From NCBI RefSeq assembly GCF_037042905.1, contig NC_087251.1, forward strand, positions 40,984,001-41,048,000: a stretch of DNA of 64,000 nucleotides. The letters are read 5' to 3'. The position numbers and the translations under genes are program-made. Of this stretch, positions 56,401-62,400 are shown piece after piece (position 1 is the first letter of the stretch; every line of letters begins with the position of its first letter). Source of the stretch: Lytechinus pictus (Eukaryota). The notes beneath the pieces were generated by a model that saw only the letters and a program-made list of their open reading frames with translations, had not been told where the DNA came from and searched no databases.

Positions 56401-59400
56401 AGAGAGATGGATGAGATGATGGATTGGATCCAGGAGAAAGAGGTCCTGGCCCTGTCTGAGGACTATGGAAAGGACCTGGAACATGTTGAGGTAAACAGTA
56501 TGAGTCAATCTAATTCCCTATTTTATTTGTTTGATGTTGGGCAAGGATGCAAGTCATGTGATAAAGCTCTGATGTGTCTGTAAAAAGAGGATCTTCTTGA
56601 TAAGGAATGCAACATACAATTAAGATGTTTTTCAATAACGTTTTTAAGACCATCTTTGTTTGATGATTTATGATAATTTACATCAATAACTGGGATATAC
56701 TCATTTGATTTGCTTGTTCATTACGATGAACCAGCACGCCGAATATACAGTACACAATTTTCCTGCGCGCGCGCTACATCTCCCTATGAACGCACTATCC
56801 CAAGATCATCGCGCAATTTGGCATCCATTTCCTCTTTTACTTTCGCCTGCCGCCGTGATCAGACGTTAGCTAAGTACACTCCCACTTTACTATAAAAGTG
56901 TCCGTTGTTTACATATTTATCTATGTATTTACAGCCTATTTCAATCCTTTGCCTTTCGGCTTTAGATTGATTTCATTTATATCATAGTGCATGGAGCATT
57001 CGTGTTATTATTCACGTTTTTCTTTAAATAAACTTGTGAGTTCCGTTTTTCTCACAGACGGGTTGCTTCCGCTTCCCTTACCCGTAGCTCCGCGCACTCT
57101 TCCTGCGTTGCCGCAGGCATTGATACGACGCCAAATCCTTTTTAATTCTTTATTATTCTTGACTTGCACCTTTGCCTCGTCTTGAATTGAATTGATTTTA
57201 TTTCCTCCCCACAGCTTAGGCTATGGGACAGATAGGAGCGTCGTCCTTGTTTGTTCTCAAACTTGTTTTCAACTTGTTCCTTTGTGAGTCGGTTGATTGT
57301 CTCAATCAATCTTTTGTTTGATTAATTGATTGATTGATAATTGTTAATTAACCAATTGGTTAATTGTTTAATTATTAATTAATTTCAATAATTATTTTTG
57401 TATTGAAATTTTTTTTTAGACTTATTGTCTTTAAAAAAAATTTCTCTTAAAATTTTTGGGAAGCCCCCCTGTTATCTATTAGCGTCCTTTAAAAAAATTT
57501 TCGCTAATGAGTTGTCGGCTTTCCAGTTTAAGGGAAGTAAGTTTTTACTTCTTCCTTTCAGATCAGCTCCTTTACTTATTCCTTTGACCCTTGTCAAAAA
57601 AAAAAAAAAAAAACCTTGTTTTTTTTTTTTTTTCTTAGCTGATCCTGGTCTTCGTCCTTGGACTTAGATGTTTCTGTTTTTAATTAATTAACGTCATGTA
57701 TACGTGTAATTGATTAAAAAAAAAAAAAAACTCAGTTTTTTTTTTCCTCACTTCAGCTTCTTAACTTTGTTTGATCTCATGTTTAAGAAGTCGGTCCTGT
57801 TCTTTCCGAAGTTAATTTAATTAATTTTATTATTAATATTTCTGATAAGGATCTTGCTTTGTCACCTTTCTTGTCCACCCACCCCTCCGCCCCCTCTCTG
57901 TTTTCGACCCTCCTTTTGTTCTTTCAGCTAAGAACTTACCAGGTAGATCAGCTCTTTTGACTCCAAACCTGCCGCTGGGAGAGAACCAGACATGGTATTA
58001 TTGTTCCCGTGATCAGCGGCGTTGAGTATGAGGGCAAGAGAGTGAGACCCTTTGCGATGGGCGCTATAAAGGGTGGAACCGTGGAGTTGCGTCCACGTGC
58101 CTTGGAAAAAGGAGGGTGGAACCGTGGAGTTGCGTCCACGTGCCCAAGAGGGTGGAACCGTGGAACCGCGCCCACGTGCCCGAGCGTTTTAGGGTGGAAC
58201 CGTGGCGCAGCGGCCACGTGCCTGAAAGGTGATAGCCAAGGCTCCCTCGACGGGACCTGAACCTATTTTGGGGAGTGTTGTACTAGTATAGAAAACTTCA
58301 CTCCTCCAGGGCTGCTTTACCCACCGGCTATCGGGTCCAACAAGTCCGGGTTAAGAGCATGGGACTCTTTTCCCGGCACAGACTAGGCTCGATGCTTTGT
58401 CAGTCTCCTTCAGGGAGCATTAGCAAAGGGCTACCAGCCCCTAGTCGCTAGAGACACGTGAGCTCGACTCCGTCAATCTCACGATTATCTGATCAGGGTG
58501 GAACCGTGGAATCGCGTCCACGTGCCCTTAAAGGTGGAACCGTGGAATTAGCGTTCATGTGCCTAAACGGCTTGATCAGATTTGGGTGATTTTTTCTCAT
58601 GCGAGATATCACGTCCCCCCTGTCTCTTGTGCCCTCTTCTGCCCCCCGGAAGGGGCCGCATAGAAGAGGAAGAAGAAGAAATTCTAGGTTGCTAACCCCG
58701 CTTGGCGGGCAGACCCTTTCTTTCTGATTCTTGTGCCGATGGTCAGGCGTCGTAACTTCATGTTACAACAGAACGCCCTCGAGCATCACAGATTTTTATC
58801 CTCATGCTCTCTGTCAGCTAAAACCGCCGTGTCTAACACCGGGCAGGTCAAGCAGACTTTCGCCATCTCACACCTCGGAGAGTCACCGGCAATTTCATGA
58901 TTCGCCGGCTCACGCACCTGCAAGGGAAATTCCCGCTAATACACAGGTGTTATCGACATACGGGCATCGTCCCCCATTATGTCACCAGACTCCCGCTTCA
59001 TGTCAGCTTCAGCCGCCGTGCTAAGCACCGTGCGGTTCAAGCAGTCACCTGCCCTCTCACGCCGGGCTTTTATTGAAACGCTGTTCACCTACACGGTGAC
59101 CCCGTTTCCATGCAGGTGCTTCCAACATACGGCTTTCAAGCCAACATGTCGGCAAGCTCTCGATGACCGACGGCTGGACGTTGCATCCTTACAGGTTGCA
59201 TCAACACGTCCCGAGCATTACGGGTTCTTACCCTCGTGTTCTCCATCATTACAGACCGCCGCTACGCGACGGCCGGGCTTATCAACAGCCTCGCACCAGC
59301 CACCGGCCCCTTTCTTTGAAATTGCCGGCCCTTTCACCCGCACGGGTGTTTTCATGATATGCACAGGTGCTGCTGACGTATGGGTCTCACCCAGCAAGTC

Positions 59401-62400
59401 GGCAAGCCCCCGTATGTCGCTGGTTGGACGCTGTAGCCGCTTGGCTGTTTTCTGTCGGTCTTATTGCCGGTGACGGGCATTGAGCGGATTGAGTTTCTCC
59501 CGCCAGCCCGCACTCCGGGGAGCCGTCGGCGAGTTCACCTGCATGGGTATCCCCCATTAATATGCAGGTACTCCCGAATTCGCCCTCTACAGTACGTCAA
59601 GCCTCACAGTTTGACCGGGCATCGCTTACTGCAACGGCTCTTTCAGCGGTAACTCTCTCCATTCTACCCCCTAGGCGGGCCTGTAGATTGGAGGTAAGAA
59701 TTTCTAACATACCGCATGCCTTCCTTCTCTCATGAGAATGTTTGGCTGTTTTTGAAAGGGCAACCTATCACGCCCGCGGACCGTCCGCCCAGGCGACGGG
59801 ACCGTCAGCTTTTGGCTTGAACCTCACTTTCTATACGAAAGTAAGGGTGCCCTGTCTTTACTTTTAACTCCTTCTCTTCCTTGTAAGGTTAGAGTCAGGG
59901 CTAGTACAGACACCCGTCCTCCAGCGATCGCCGCTGTAGTGAGGGCGACTCTGATATTAGCACCATCACCACTCAGCGGTATGTCTCACTATCTCATAGC
60001 TCTGCCGAGCTTATGAGCATAAATATCGGATCTGAATGTCACGGCGATTAATAGTTCTCCTATACTTAATAATCGCTATGCCTTCACCACCCGGTGCATT
60101 ATGGTTATTTTGTAACCTATTTGTCTCGTATTTGGGCGGCTCGTGCGAGCCCTGCCCGAGCTGCCATCATCGGTCGTCCCCCCGGACCCCGCCGGCAGCA
60201 CCCGCACCGAACGCCCGGAGGGAATCGGCTATTTATATGCCAGATACCCCTCCTGTTGACATTCACAACTTGTTCCCCGAGTCTTTCCCGGTCGGGTAAG
60301 CATCATCTCGGTGGAAAGAAACAGCAATATATATCTCTTTAGATTGTCGGCTGTGTGCTTGCGTTCAGGCTTGTTTCAAGCCCCAGGTTTTTTCTGTCGG
60401 CATTTCTATGCCTACTTCCTGGGCGCACCCACCGTGCCGGGTCGGCGAGTTCACACCAAACTGTCCGCCACCAGGCCATCGGTCGAGCTCAAACAGTCTA
60501 TCCGATAGACTGCCCTCTATGTGGGTCAAGCTTGCGGGCGTCTCCGCCGCTTCCTCGTGTGGAGTGGGCTACGGTCGATGCATTTACCGTGCCCGTGTGT
60601 CGAGTTGTCTTCTTTTTAGAAGCTTTTTCACTCGGCACACTTGAGTCGCCTCGCAGGCTGCTTTCATCCTCCTTCCATGCTATGTATGTGACCATGGTCA
60701 CTGAGTGACCGAGGATGATGTAATCGTGGTGGATATACATTTATGTATAAAATGTATACGTGTGTGTATGCATACTTATGCCTGTCTAGCCATGATCACC
60801 ACGACCCGCTTTCTCTCGGGCCGACTGTGGATGAGTCCCTCCATGAAAGTGATTTACTTCACTGGAGTTCTTCTTTTTAGAAGCTTAGATTCTCATCCCC
60901 CGCTGCTTAGGGCGTCATTTTTGCCGCCCTCCGCAGCTTCTCGGAACTCCTTATCTTTCCGATATCGGACTGTTCCATGTTGTTGCAACCAGCGCCGGCG
61001 GTGCTTGCCCTTGCGATCACCAGAGAAACCAGGCCTTGTGGCTGTTTTCGTAAACAACTGGTTCTCATCGCAGACTGAGGGAAATATTGGTGATTATTTT
61101 CCTCAAGTCGCCTTTCTCCTCCGCTTGTTTCGTCAAGCGAGGACTTAGACACTCTTAGCCAGTTTCCGTCCCTAACCTTGATAGGACAGGGCCGTTGTTA
61201 CCTTACTCGATTCCGTTGGGAACGTAACTGTTGAGGTATCATGTCTGGCGTTGTCTGTTGGTTCAGAACATCTTGACCGACATCTCTTGATCATCGTTTA
61301 CACGTAAGATCATGACAGAGACATTGTTCGCCAGCTCATCTCTGGCGTACGCTTGCTGCGACTAGGGATTACTCCGCTCAGCGGACATCCATCGTAGCCT
61401 AGTCTTACGGGCCCTCTCGGCGATGGTGGCTTCAGCCAAACCACCGCCCACCTCTCCCGCCGCGGGCACTGCACCCTCGGGCGGGTGTTTTATTTAGTAC
61501 GGGAGAAAAGGGATCCGCTGTCTATCACACTTATTATGTCGTGATGCGTGCCGCGTTTTGCTCCGACACGCCCGTTTGAGCTGCTTTGACCAGACTGTTC
61601 TATCCTACATAGACAGCAGGTCCGTGGCAATTTCTTATTAACAGGATGGCACTCAGTCGCTTTTCTCGACACATTGACTGCCTTACGAGTGGTTTACTTC
61701 AACCTTACTCTCTGTCGTTCCATGTCCTTATCGGACCGCTGGAAACGTCCTGCCACAGCTCTCTATCAGAATTCTGCAGATGTTCTGCCCTCACGCATTT
61801 GAGACAGATATCGAATTCTGGGCACCTTCTCCCACGCGGGGGCTTCTGAGATATCTCGCATTCCTTACGTTTGCATGGTTGCGGCTTGGCTTAAATTATT
61901 AAGCCGGTGACTTGACCGTGGCTTTTATTAGCCCCGCTGTCGCCTTCTCAGATTGATTGATTGATCACTTACTGAACCGTACAAGTTTCAGTCTTCCGAT
62001 CACGATTCTTGTCGAAATTTTCAACAAAATCGGATCGTTTTTTGATCATCGGCAATTATCATCCCTCCGGTTACGGATGATTAATACCTTCAATCCGAAT
62101 CTTACAACCTCTTAAGTTCTTCTCAAACGTTGAGCTTGTATGGCCTAGTCCGTCATGGCACCTGTCGGTCGTTCTTGACGCTTGACTAACTCCCTCTGGG
62201 ATCGGTATTCAGGGTATCTTTTGTCTGTCTATCAGCCGAGATCCCTCCTGTATCTGTTTATATATAACCATTTACAGTACTAAGCTTTGCATACTTATGC
62301 ATCGCTCCCGGACCGTTGCCGGGATTGGCTTAGATTAGGTGTGACTTCTAACCCTCTTCTTTGTTTGCCATTCTTCAGACAATTCCCAACTCTGTGAAGT

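Noticed and set aside
57841..57870. Hammerhead ribozyme in the DIRS element (CTGATAAG)
   Set aside because: Does not match the CUGANGA core, and I found no properly placed GAAA or stems.
58071..58562. CRISPR-like repeat array
   Set aside because: Linkers are mostly 4-12 nt and irregular, the context is a eukaryotic intron, and there are no cas genes; reported instead as an RNA stem-loop motif.
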